Below the pieces are notes generated by a model that saw only the letters and a list, made by a program, of their open reading frames with translations, was not told the DNA's origin and made no database searches. From positions 1 to 64,000 of the forward strand of contig NIVC01003154.1 of NCBI GenBank assembly GCA_002269645.1: a stretch of DNA of 64,000 nucleotides, in the 5' to 3' direction. Each line of letters opens with the position of its first letter. The first letter of the stretch is position 1. The DNA is from Macrostomum lignano. Lineage: Eukaryota. Position numbers and translations under genes: made by a program. Shown one piece after another: positions 1 to 12,295 of the stretch.

Positions 1-1339
1 GTTGGTCCATAGCTGATCACCCATGGCCGAAGTCACTGAATACCGTTGCTACTCTTTACTCTGAGGTGGTGATAGCTATCGATCTCTGATAACCAATCAG
101 TTGTCTGTCACCGTGATCAATGTCTTTTGCGGTAGGGCAATAGCCGCAAGCGATAAGCAACAGTCGTTTTAATAGAAAAAACGCTCACAATATGACAGCA
201 ATTTTCATAGAAAGCAACTGAGCCGACTTTCAATCTTTGGGGACAGGGTCCCTGTTCGGGCGCCAATTTGTTGTAACCCGGGTCGGCTTGGGTGCCCAGT
301 CCGAGTACAATATATATTATATGTGATATAACAGGCGTTGTGACGCTCTGTCTGTACTTTTATGAATACGACGAGCAGGCGTGGCGACGCTCTGCGATAA
401 TAATTCGATCCCTCTGGTGTTGTGACACTCAGAGTTCACGCTGCGGCTCGAGGTGTGGTGACACTCTCGAGTGCTTCTATTCTCTATACCGTAGGGCGTA
501 CGCAATATATTATGGTAAACGGTACCGTACTACAGAAGCTATATGGTCTTCCGGCGTTATGACGCTCTGGCAAGAATTCGGCCTAGCAAGCTTCCCGGAA
601 AGAAAGGACTCAAACAGCAGGCGGCTTACCAGTGGCCAGATGACTGTTCACCGTTTATTATTCGCAGGTCTCAAGCGCAGTTTCCGACTTCTTCTTAATT
701 CTCCAAGACTCTTCTCAATTAGGCTATTGTGTTTCTTTTATCCAAGTAGCTAATGTTGCTGTTTCTTTTATCAGGTCTCTCGCTTGCACTCTCGGAGCAC
801 ACCAAAACACAAAAAGCACGCAGGTGGTGGGCAGAGCCAGAGTCGCACCATAAATAGCACCCAAACCCTGGGCAGACGGCCCACCGGCTAAGCTCACCAA
901 AACAAACCACGCCGGCCCAGCCAATCAAAACCCCGCCTAAGGGGGGAGGGGCTGCACCCGCGCCAAAGCTGGCCCGGCCGCAGCCAACCAGCCCTAAGCA
1001 CGGGCAGGGGCACGGCTGGGAGGGGCACGCGCAAAGCCCGGCCGGGCCAGACCCTGCCACGCCCGCCAACCCCCCCAACCAGCCCCAAAGTGCAACGCGC
1101 ACTGCCAACTGACAAGGGCGCATGCACTACACTGTTAATTTCAAAAGGCCCTCAAAAAAATTGCTCCACCAATTGCAGACTAAAGGTGGCTGTCAGCCTT
1201 AAGTTCGCAAAAGGCTGACGTCATGTAGCGTTTAAAAGTTCACGGCAACCTTGCCAGTTGACTCTCTGGCTTCTCTCAAAGCGTGTTTTCTCTTTGAGTT
1301 GCTTTCAAATTTCCAAAGTCGTTTTAAAGAGAAGATTCT

Positions 1340-1465
1340 ATCAAGGGTTGGTTTGTGTCAGAATTGGCGCCAATAAGTGGTTTGTGACAGCATTGGCGCC
1401 AACAAGTGGTTTGTGTCAGCATTGGCGCCAACAGTTGTTTTTGTGTCAGCATTGGCGCCAACAAG
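1340..1465. repeat. Minisatellite, about 30-bp unit (cagcattggcgccaacaagtggtttgtgt), about 4 copies
   Basis: Direct inspection. Confidence 0.85.
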
Positions 1466-1909
1466 GCGCTATGCTAGAATGGACCAGACGAACCTCAGGA
1501 AAGTCAGCCATCAGAAAACTTGAAGAAGGCATTCCAAACAGGAGCTACAGGGAAGCGCAGGTTTGCACGCAACCGTTGCTTCCAATTTCAAAGAGTTTCT
1601 TTGACAAGAAATTGCTCCAATTACAAGTGACTGATGCGTTGGTTGCGTGAGTGCGGATTGCTGTTTGCTTGGCCTGGCAGCGCGGCACGTAGCTGTGAGT
1701 TGGCTGGAATTCGGACCAACATCAATTTTATTCTTTATTTTCGTCTCAGTGCCTCAGATTTCTCATTTCTCATAATTCATTAGGAGTTTCTGCGCGAAAA
1801 ATGTTTTTATTGTTTAACGCATTTTAGCCTACTATTCAATAGTAGTATGGAAAATTGAAGATAGTCCATTTAAATGCATTCTTTAAATGGGTAAAAAGTT
1901 TCTGCTCTC

Positions 1910-2480
1910 TGACACACTCAGCTACAGACTTAGGCTGCCGGTTCTGCCGACTCAGAATCAGCTACGAATGAGCTACCGACTTAACTGCAGACTCAGCTAC
2001 AGACTCAGCTACCGACTCAGCTATAAACTCAGCTAAAGACTGAGCTGCAGACTCAGCTACATAATCAGCTGCAGACTCAGATGCAGACTCAGCTTCCGAC
2101 TCAGCTATAAACTCAGCTAAAGACTGAGCTACAGACTCAGCTACAGACTCAGCTACATACTCAGCTACAAACTCAGCTACCGACTCAGCTATAAACTCAG
2201 CTAAAGACTGAACTGCAGACTCTGCTACAGACTCAGCTGCAGACTCAGCTACAGACTCAGCTACAGACTCAGCTAAAGATTCAGCTACCGACTCAGCTAC
2301 AAACTCAGCTAAAGACTCAGCGATGGACTGAGCTGCAGACTCAGCTACAGACTTAAATTCAAACTCAGTTACAGACTCAGCTTCCAACATAGCCACATAC
2401 TTTTTCACCGTCCGCTGGAGTCTCAGCAAACTCAGCTACAGACTCAGCTACAGACTCAGCTGCAGACTCAGCTACAGACT
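1910..2480. repeat. Degenerate 12-bp minisatellite (gactcagctaca)
   Basis: Direct inspection. It is the source of ORF 1962-2429. Confidence 0.9.
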
Positions 2481-2757
2481 AGTATCCACTGAGAGCTAAG
2501 CAGATGACAGTAGTGAATATGATTTAAAAACGAAAGTTATACTTTAAATATTGAATTAACAAAATCAGCCTTATTTAGATAGTGAACTTCTGTGCTTTAA
2601 TTGAAAAATATATTTAATAAAATATACTCGTAAGTAGCTCTTAGTACACACAGAATTTTTTATAAATATTTGCCGTATAAAGTTATACCTGCCATCCAGA
2701 TTTATGAATAACTTCATTAGAGCTTCTCAAAAGTTTTACTGAATTCCATAATGATGT

Positions 2758-2865
2758 TTACAGCAGACACTCCTGAACATATTTGTGCTTCTTCTCGTCC
2801 CACGTCTGGAAGCAGCTCTTGCGGCTGGAATTACAGAATGTCTCACGGTGAGATGGGACTGCGGT

Positions 2866-2896
<31 letters not shown>

Positions 2897-2899
2897 TAG

Positions 2900-2944
<45 letters not shown>

Positions 2945-2947
2945 TAG

Positions 2948-2988
<41 letters not shown>

Positions 2989-2991
2989 TAG

Positions 2992-3040
<49 letters not shown>

Positions 3041-3043
3041 TAG

Positions 3044-3084
<41 letters not shown>

Positions 3085-3108
3085 TAGTGTCTTAGTGTCT
3101 GTCTGTCC

Positions 3109-3196
<88 letters not shown>

Positions 3197-3215
3197 TAGT
3201 GTCTGTCTGTCTTAG

Positions 3216-3260
<45 letters not shown>

Positions 3261-3288
3261 TAGTGTCTGTCTGTCCGTCTGTCTGTCC

Positions 3289-3338
<50 letters not shown>

Positions 3339-3341
3339 ATC

Positions 3342-3378
<37 letters not shown>

Positions 3379-3709
3379 TTGTATCTCTGTCTGTCTGTCT
3401 GTCTGTCTGTAAACACAAACGGCAATTTAATCTTACTTGAGCTGCCGGTTGAGCTCCTCATCCAGGTCCTGAGCAGACTCAGCTGCATCTGCTGTACAAA
3501 AAGTGTTGAGCAGTTGCTGAGTTACTTAAATCTTAAGTCATTTCAAATGCTCCGGTGATCGGATCGCTGAGTCAGCAAATTTTGACTTTACCCTCATCGC
3601 TGTCAAAAAGCTCAGCATCTTCAGCTTCATCTTGGTCCCGCAACGGGGCGGCCCGAGTAGCAGTGGAGGCCGCTAGGGCGAACAACACCAGCGCTAGCCA
3701 ACACTTCAT
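2758..3709 (-). CDS. Secreted prepropeptide, 79 aa, 3 exons (signal peptide + acidic pro-region + RK + 19-aa Cys-bridged peptide)
   Basis: Exons are 3709-3592, 3491-3437 and 2824-2758. Both introns are GT-AG with matching phases (G|gtaaag...tttttgtacag|CA; AA|gtaaga...taattccag|C). Translation: [79 protein letters not shown]. There is a TATA box upstream. It is absent from the ORF track because the exons are short. Confidence 0.85.
2863..3410. repeat. (TCTG)n microsatellite in prepropeptide intron 2
   Basis: Direct inspection. Confidence 0.95.
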
Positions 3710-3795
3710 GGTTAATTTAGAATATCACTTAAAAAGTATACAAAACAGAATGGTATGCTTTCTTCTTGGAAAGTTCGGTTGTCTTGTCTATCGAA

Positions 3796-3803
3796 TTTAT
3801 ATA
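3796..3803 (-). promoter_or_regulatory. TATA box (TATATAAA) of the prepropeptide gene
   Basis: The plus-strand tttatata reads TATATAAA on the minus strand, about 87 nt upstream of the ATG at 3709. Confidence 0.55.
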
Positions 3804-4212
3804 AGCTTCATACTTGTAAGGTTCGCTCTTTGTCTGTCTGCTTCACGTGGCGACTGGCGCACAGAGAGGCTTTGGGGTTTGAGCTGAGAATGGCTGTCGA
3901 TTGTGCTCGGCATAGCCTTGCTCACGTTTTTTTTCTGCGACACGTGATTCGAGGGGTTGAGACTTGTCTATTGCGACCTTTGGATGCAGTTGTAAATTTT
4001 TTATTATGATTTTTTAACTAGAATAGCAGCACTCAGCATTGCTTGGACACTTTTTAGCCGCTAAATGTTGCAGGTTGCAGCCTCTCTATGACTCAACACA
4101 GCTCTGTGTGTGTAAAAGTTCTATTAGGTGGTCAGGCTGCAGGGTTGAGTTAATATTTCTAATTAAACTCACTTCTAGCAATTTGTTTAGTGCTTTCTTT
4201 AAGAGAAAAACA

Positions 4213-4945
4213 GTTTTCAGTCCCTATCTACAGGTGTTCAGTCTCTGTCTACAGGTGTTCAGTCTCTGTCTACAGGTGTTCAGTCCCTATCTACAGGTGT
4301 TCAGTCTCTGTCTACAGGTGTTCAGTCTCTGTCTACAGGTGTTCAGTCTCTGTCTACAGGTGTTCAGTCCCTATCTACAGGTGTTCAGTCTCTGTCTACA
4401 GGTGTTCAGTCTCTGTCTACAGGTGTTCAGTCCCTGTCTACAGGTGTTCAGTCCCTGTCTACAGTTGTTCAGTCCCTATCTACAGGTGTTCAGTCTCTGT
4501 CTACAGGTGTTCAGTCTCTGTCTACAGGTGTTCAGTCCCTATCTACAGGTGTTCAGTCTCTGTCTACAGGTGTTCAGTCTCTGTCTACAGGTGTTCAGTC
4601 CCTGTCTACAGGTGTTCAGTCCCTGTCTACAGTTGTTCAGTCTCTGTCTACAGGGGTTCAGTCCCTGTCTACAGGTGTTCAGTCCCTGTCTACAGGTGTT
4701 CAGTCCCTGTCTACTGGTGTTCAGTCCCTATCTACAGGTTTTCATTTCCTGTCTACAGGTTTTGAGTCTCTATCTACAGGTGCTAAGTCTCTATCTGCAA
4801 GTGCTAAGTCTCTATCTACAGTTGCTAAGTCTATCTACAGGTGCTGAGTCTCCATCTACAGGTGCTGAGTCTCCATCTACAGGTGCTGAGTCTCCATCTA
4901 CAGGTCCTGAGTCTACATCTACGGGTGCTGAGTCTCTTTCTACAT
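4213..4945 (+). repeat. 21-bp minisatellite (tctacaggtgttcagtctctg)
   Basis: Direct inspection. The array decays toward its right end. Confidence 0.95.
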
Positions 4946-5419
4946 TTTCTCCATTAGCTTCAATTTTCCTTTAAAATTGTTACTTATTCCTATTAGTAGG
5001 CTGATAGAAACATTGTTATTTGGCACACAGATTTTTATTGTATTAATCTGCAGATGGAATTACTTGCAGCTTACAGAAAAACCAGATTATATAATCAATA
5101 AAGGCCCGGATTTCACTTAGTTCATTCTGCATTAAGCCTAGCAAAAATTATGCTAATACGGTTCAGAATCCGCATTAGTTCGCATACCTGAGTCATCGCG
5201 CGGACATGGGCCTTGACCCGTGCCCTGCCCACTTTGTGCGACTTTGTTAAACCCCAGTAATTAATCCGGCAATGTAAAACTTTGCCTTCCATGATTTTTT
5301 CGATACAAATATGCTAATTTTTTATTGGACTGTGGGGAAGACCTTTGAAAGAAAAATTTTCTGCTAAAATTACCTGCCTATGTTTGCACGCCATCTGTAA
5401 AGGTTCCTAGTGTGGTGAA

Positions 5420-6500
5420 GGATAAGCCTGTAGACAGGGACTGAACACCTGTAGACAGGGACTGAACACTTGTAGACAGAGACTGAACACTTGTAGACAG
5501 TGACTGAACACTTGTAGACAGGGACTGAACACTTGTAGACAGAGACTGAACACTTGTAGACAGAGACTGAACACCTGTAGACAGGGACTGAACACCTGTA
5601 GACAGAGACTGAACACCGGGAGACAGAGACTGAACACCTGTAGACAGAGACTGAACGCTGGGAGACAGAGACTGAACACTTGTAGACAGTGACTGAACAC
5701 CTGTAGACAGGGACTGAACACTTGTAGACAGAGACTGAACACTTGTAGACAGTGACTGGACACTTGTAGACAGAGACTGAACACTTGTAGACAGTGACTG
5801 AACACCTGTAGACAGGGACTGAACACTTGTAGACAGAGACTGAACACCTGTAGACAGGGACTGAACACCTGTAGACAGGGACTGAACACCTGTAGACAGG
5901 GACTGAACACCTGTAGACAGAGACTGAACACCTGTAGACAGTGACTGAACACCTGTAGACAGGGACTGAACACTTGTAGACAGAGACTGAACACTTGTAG
6001 ACAGAGACTGAACACCTGTAGACAGGGACTGAACACCTGTAGACAGGGACTGAACACCTGTAGACAGGGACTGAACACCTGTAGACAGGGACTGAACACC
6101 TGTAGACAGGGACTGAACACCTGTAGACAGAGACTGAACACCTGTAGACAGAGACTGAACACCTGTAGACGGAGACTGAACACCTGTAGACAGGGACTGA
6201 ACACCTGTAGACAGAGACTGAACACCTGTAGACAGAGACTGAACACCGGGAGACAGAGACTGAACACCTGTAGACAGAGACTGACCTATAGACAGAGACT
6301 GAACACCTGTAGACAGAGACTGAACACCGGGAGACGGAGACTGAACACCTGTAGACAGAGACTGAACACCGGGAGACAGAGACTGAACACCTGTAGACAG
6401 AGACTGAACACCTGTAGACAGAGACTGAACACCGGGAGACAGAGACTGAACACCTGTAGACAGAGACTGAACGCTGGGAGACAGAGACTGAACACCTGTG
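5420..6500 (-). repeat. Same 21-bp minisatellite in inverted orientation
   Basis: The unit gactgaacacctgtagacaga is the reverse complement of the 4213-4945 unit. Confidence 0.95.
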
Positions 6501-7817
6501 CGAGACAGGGACTGAGCAGCATTAGGTAATGTTGTACACTACCTGTATCCGGGTGTCCAAGTGTAAATACATGGGACTCAATACATGTCAATAAGGTACT
6601 GAACACCAGAGATTATACATTAAATTAACGAAAAAATAAGATTTATCAGAGGTTGAACCAAATAACTTTAATGTTTTTTATTTTAGTTTGAGTTTTCTTT
6701 AACTAAAAGTTGTCAGATTTTGTTCTCAAGACACCGCTTCAGGGAGACAAACTTGAGCTGAAAGTTGCAGTCAGCCCTCTTCAACTTAAAGTTTGCAACG
6801 GTAAAGCTAGAAAATATTTTCACAAAAGTACACTGCGAGTTACAGACGGGAGTTGCCGGCGCAGTTATTGAATAAAAAACTGTCAATATTCGCTAACTGG
6901 CCCGCGCAATCGAGGTTAAATAGACGAGATTTCAAACAAAATATACAGAAGCAAGCTCACAGAGCTCTGAGCTCGCGGTGTACTGCTTGGTCCAGCAAAG
7001 GTAAAAAAAGCAATATAATGAAGCCAAGATACAAGTGTTACGAACAACAAAAAGAGAGAGAAAAATAAATGTCAATCATATTCAATTTGTTCGCGATTGA
7101 GAATAAACGATAACTAAACACTATATGCACGAAGTTGAGATCCGTCTGGATGACCTTAAAGCACACTGCTTATTGTGAGATGGAGAGAGATGACGCTAAA
7201 CATGCAGTTTATGGATTAGTTAAGTGATGACGCAAGCAACCCCCATATACTGTAGTATTTCCATCATCTTTGAGGCTGATTTGTCAGGCAATTTAATTTT
7301 TATAGAAAACGAACGAGCAGGAGGTAGGGGCTCTTTCAGCACAATGCAGGGTGCAACATTTCTCGAGCAGAAGAATAAAAATATAGCAGAGATTCGTTCG
7401 GAGCAGAGCTGTCTTCTTTAACCACTTGATTATCAACTTGGCTGAATTTTTTGCTGAATGCATCATTATAGGAGAACCTGTCTCTGAAATACCGGCATTT
7501 TCTAAATAGAAGTCAATAAGCTTGTAAAACTACATTGTACCTAACGCACATTTCTGCCCCTGAATGATCTTCGGAAGTTCACAAGGCGAGGACCTAGCCA
7601 ATTTAGCGTGTAGAAAAACATGCAAAAACATTTAGTTCGCAAAGTGCTTCAAGAACTGAAAATAATCTCCTTCGCCAATGCTTTCCGAAACTCGATTTGT
7701 TTAATGAAATTTTCAACACTCCAATCGACAATGGGATTCTATCGAGACGGTGGCGGCATCCTTTGCCACCTCGGTCACCAGGAGTTGCTGGTTAAAAATA
7801 TAGTTTAATTGCAAGAG

Positions 7818-9876
7818 TCACCGACAGCCGCAATAATCCACTTCCATGTCGTCGAACGACTTCAGTACGACCTCGTTGTGGCTGCCCTGGTACAGGATCG
7901 TCTTGGGCCGCAGCCTGGCGGGCACGCAGGTTGGCGGGCTGGCCTGGCCCGGCCGGCTGCTGTGCAGCGTCATCTGCAGGATGGCGTGGTTCGTTGCGTT
8001 GAACACGTCGCTCAGCGGGAACGGGCACTGCCCGGAGCAGGCGCCGGCATCGAAGCCCTGCGGCGCGATGATCCAACTGTCCCAGCCAATCTCGGCGAAG
8101 TCGACGTACAGCGGGCGACGCTGGCAGACCGCGGCCAGGTCTGAGGCCACGTGCGGCAGCTGCTGCCCTGAGGTGCCGCTGCTGTACCGGCGCCTCCTCC
8201 TGCCGCCGCCGCCGCCGCCGTCCCTGCGACGTCTCCTCTGGGCGGAGTGTCGAACTTCTCGACGCTGCCGACTCCGATGGTAAGTGACCAGCTGCGGCGG
8301 CTCAGCAACATCTCGCCGACGTCGAGAGTGAACCGACGTGGCCGGCGTCCAGGTGCCCTCGGCGGCCGGACTCGCGGGTCGGACGGCCAGACGGACGGCG
8401 ATTCGTCCACGATCGGCTCGGCGGCAGGATTCGAACTCGTGTCTGTCCAGCTGAATGGCGAGTTCGCTGGCTCCGGCTGGAAGCAGGCCGACACCGGCCG
8501 GCCGGTCGCAGAGGTGAGCGGACACCCGGTGAGCGAGGAGGCTGCGACCGCGTCTGTGCAGTTCGAGGCCTCTGCGATGGAGGCGGAGGTGTACAGCCGC
8601 CGGCTGCTCCGTGGCATCCAGCAGAGAAGACGCGTTGAAGTTAGCAAGATCTGGTCTAGGCGTTCCTGTTGCAAGGACGGATGGAAATTGGGATCACTTT
8701 TTTGTCTGCTTTTCGTAGTTCCAGAAAGTTGAAAAGAATTATCCAGTCAACTGACCTGCGGCGTGTGGTTGTGGACGCGAAAATGGATAACTCATGTCCA
8801 GCAACTTTTTCTCTGCGTTTATCCCGGAATCAAGATTCCAGCAGTCATCTCCACAGTGTCTCATGCGGAGGTCTGGACCCTGGCCACCCAGGCTGACCCG
8901 CCATCCACCTACCCCAGCGACCGCCAGACAGGCACTTCAAATCATAGCATAACGGCACAGTCGGAAATACTTCCAGTTTTGTGTCAGCCATTAAGACCAA
9001 ATAATAATTCAAGTTGTTATTTTTGTCTCCGAGCTCATTAAGTAGGCTTTTTACTGGTCCCAAGTTTCTTTTGTTAAAATCGAAACACTCGTCCAGATTT
9101 TGATCTGAGGCTTGGATCTTTTTTGTGTCGGGAGGCACCTGCTTCACTAATTACACTGAACTTTCCATTTCGGAGTCAGTCCACGTGTGGCAACACTCTG
9201 CTTTGAAATTCTGTTCTCATGGTAACGGATGGCAATCTGAGACCTGCGCTTATCGAGAAATCTAAATGTCAAAATAGATTCGTCAATAACTAGGTAAGAA
9301 AATTGGAGTAAATCTGACGCTAAGGACTACTTAACAACATCGTTTTGATAAAAATACATGTAGTCTTTGTCTTCTAGAGTCTTTGTATCATAAATGTTTC
9401 TAGCCAGGCCGTCATTTGACGGTTGCAAAGCTTACTTATGCCAATTTTCAAGGGCTACAGTTCCCGTACCCAGAGATCGGAATTGTTGGCGAGATGGCAA
9501 AATCTTGAGCGGCGAGGCCCACATAAACGAGCTTAATTGACCTCGCAGCTCAACCCGAGCGCTCACCAATAAGTCCGTGGCTCACAACGGAGCTCACAGC
9601 GCCGGGAATCTCCGGCACGCCATCCTCCGGCCCCAGCCAGATATCCGGTTGGTCTCGCATCAGCCGGTACATCTGGCGCATATGGTCGCTTGTTGATCGC
9701 CATGTCGATGGCGGCGACGCTGGCGACAGTGTCGGGCGGGCGGCAGCCACGGCCAGCAGTTCGGTAGCGGAGGAGTTCGGCAGCTCGGCTGAGGTAGCCA
9801 GCAGCAGCAGCGACAGAAGCTGCAGCAGCAGCAGCGGCTGTGGCAGCTGCGGCAGCGATACGCGAGTTCGCTGCAT
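7818..9876 (-). CDS. BMP/GDF-type TGF-beta family ligand, about 385 aa, 2 coding exons
   Basis: Exon 9876-9567 holds the signal peptide and ends ATT G|gtgagc. Exon 8665-7818 starts after ccttgcaacag|GA, phase 1. The prodomain has an FNASSLLD...HLRLHR motif and polybasic furin sites. The mature domain CQRRPLYVDFAEIGWDSWIIAPQG...CSGQCPFPL...NATNHAILQ...TCVP...VVLKSFDDMEVDYCGCR matches the BMP2/4/GDF consensus. The orthologue cannot be assigned by eye. Confidence 0.93.
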
Positions 9877-11929
9877 CTGCGGGGTCCGGTTATAAATTCT
9901 CGGTAGACAAAGTTTCTCTCTAAGCCACTTGCTTGTTTGTGCGTCTGTCTGTCTGCCTTCCTGTCTGCCTGTCTGTCTGGCTTCTCTTGTACGCCTTTAT
10001 TAGCGAGTCTGTCTGTCGACTCGAGATAATGCTTTAATTCTCGACCAAAAAAGCACAAGACTACCGCTGGTCTCCAACCAAAACGTAAGGCGGGCTCCGA
10101 ACTGGCGCCGGGGCTTTAATTTTTTTGGCGACGACGAGATGGCTGGGGCTGCGAGGGGGAGGCCGCCCTTCCTATGGCGTGACGGCCCCAGGTGGGGGCA
10201 CGCAGAAGGGAGAGAAGGGACCGACTTTTGGCACTTGGCCATTGGCTTGAAGCTTTGCGGGAACGGAGTGGGTGGGGCAAGAGGGGAGAAAGAAGCGAAT
10301 GCCGATTTCGGCTGCCCACGCTCCTTCGCCTCCCCCTCTCTATCACTCTGAGACATTCTTGCATTACAATGCAATAATGGCCTCCCTGACAGCTCGGAAT
10401 GGCTCACTTATGGTTCAGGCGAGCGGTCACTTCTGACGGCAAAACTTTCCAACGTTATGTCTCTAATTGTTCTAGACGTGACACGTTTACTCAATATTCG
10501 AAGCCTCCAAAAACCTCCTGACTCGCTTCATCACTTTTCGCTTAAGGGTGTATCCGACGATGTCGCGCCCAATTCTGTTTGGCTCGACCCCTCATTGAAC
10601 AGAGCCCGCCCGCGGCCTCTCTAAGTGGCCAATGCAGGCTACAATGGTTCGCTGGCCTGAAAGTTATATTGCAGCTGAACAAACGCACTGCACTGGTTTA
10701 CCGACCCCAACGCCTGCAACATCTCTGCAGACGTCTCTGGTCTTTGTTGACTTTTTCTCTGCCATATATCTCTGGAATATATAGATACCACAATGTTGTA
10801 ACAGCTTGCGTATAGAACTATAACTTCAGGAAACAAATTCTACACTTGATAGCAAGCTTAAGTTTTACAGCTTTACATATGTTGAGGCTAATTTTAACTG
10901 CAAGATAACATTGTCTTATTTATGCTAGGTATTTGACGGCTTGTAATTATAAGAGTCATTTATCGGTCTTCGCGAGTTGTCTTCGACAATCTTTTCGATG
11001 AAGGTTTTGGGATTCGTTAAGCAATTGGCTGTTGCATTCAAAAAGGTGCATAGGGAGGTACAGCTGAAACATGTAGCCATGGAGAGGGTATCACAGACAG
11101 GGCTAATGGCCAATTGTGATGGCAAAATGCCAATCTGCTGTCAGGTGAAGAATTGCAACTGTGTGACAAAACAAACACAAATTATCAGTGAATAAGCCAG
11201 CCTGCCAGACTGTCGCTATTCCTCCATTTTCAACAAGTTAAATGCGGTTAGACGAACGACAAAAAGGTAGAGCGTGCGGTTGTCTCCCTGCATGGTAATT
11301 CATTTCTTTAGTGCAGTCGTCTCTTTGGGATACTGGCGGGCGTATAGGGATTTTTTATTAACGGTCGGAAGTTTTACTGCGAACAGAATTGTCTCTTAAT
11401 TGATAATAACGTTGCCAACGAGCAACAAATCGAGAGCCTGTTGTTCAAAGTTGTCTTTCATAAATGGATTTGTGACAGCCCCCCATCGGCCCCCCTACTT
11501 GACTTCGCAACTGGCTCGTGTAAATCATGGCAAGCTGTGCTGACACAAAATCCTGAATTTAACGTTTAGAACTTTTAGTCCTCTCTGCACTACTCATTTT
11601 AGCAGTAGTATGTTCGAAATTTGGATAACCAAACAGGGCGATAGTGATCACGGTATGATCAAGTCTGGTTGCCAATTACCCGAGCCTGCCAAGCAGTGCG
11701 CTTGCACTCCTCGCATTATTCTGGGCTGCTAGCTAGCTCGTACTTATTGAATCAATTGAATGTCGTAGCATTGTCTTGTTATATTTAATTATATGCCTTG
11801 TGAGAAGACAAGAAAGACGTTATTCTATATTTTAAACTATCGTAGCTCGTATATTAATAAGATCTTTCGGTTTTCAATGAGTCACATGAGGCCTTTTGGC
11901 TTTCTGTTTGCGAGGCAATAACACCGTGC

Positions 11930-12295
11930 TGGGGGGGCCGTAGCCCAGCGCAGCGGTCTAGCGCAGGCTCTGGTGTGCCAGCGACCCAGGCTCGATTCCA
12001 AGTGCAGTCACATTAATTTGGGGCTGAATTGGAATCTCGGCTTGGCTCTGCTCGTGAAATTAACGGCCTTGAGAGCCAACCCCCCCAAGGCGCAGTGAAG
12101 TGTACATGCCTAACGATAAAATAAAGTTAGGGCCGCTGTACACTCCTGTGTGAGTGTGTGCCTGCGTACATATCCGCGCACTTGTGTGCCTGCTCAGGGG
12201 AGTCGGCGGAATGGGCAGTAATGCCTCTCGTCGGTTGTGTGCCTATGTCGCTTAAAGTGCGCCAGGGCACACAACCCCCCTGCCTCTAATAAAAA
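11930..12295 (+). mobile_element. tRNA-derived SINE-like element with a 10-bp TSD
   Basis: It has an A-box-like TAGCCCAGCGCAGCGG, a B-box-like GGCTCGATTCC and an A-rich tail. The direct repeat AACACCGTGC lies at 11920-11929 and 12296-12305. Confidence 0.75.

Noticed and set aside
330-570. Five spaced (G/A)TGAC(G/A)CTC motifs
   Set aside because: The motifs are short and degenerate, at the window edge, with no context to support a regulatory or LTR call.
719-1127. GC-rich ORFs with CCAAT and GC boxes
   Set aside because: These are low-complexity overlapping ORFs with no domain or splice structure.
3199-3558. F-box-like motif [16 protein letters not shown] in a plus-strand ORF
   Set aside because: It is the antisense shadow of prepropeptide exon 2. 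The ORF starts inside (TCTG)n and has no plus-strand gene structure.
4039-6606. Long ORFs (LQVFSLC)n and similar repeat ORFs across the window ([51 protein letters not shown])
   Set aside because: They are stop-free frames of tandem arrays, mostly inside introns or antisense to genes.
10925-11195. Cys-containing short ORFs on both strands
   Set aside because: There is no signal peptide, family motif or flanking splice sites.
11930-12010. tRNA gene
   Set aside because: It has A/B boxes but no convincing cloverleaf, and it continues into a SINE body with a TSD.
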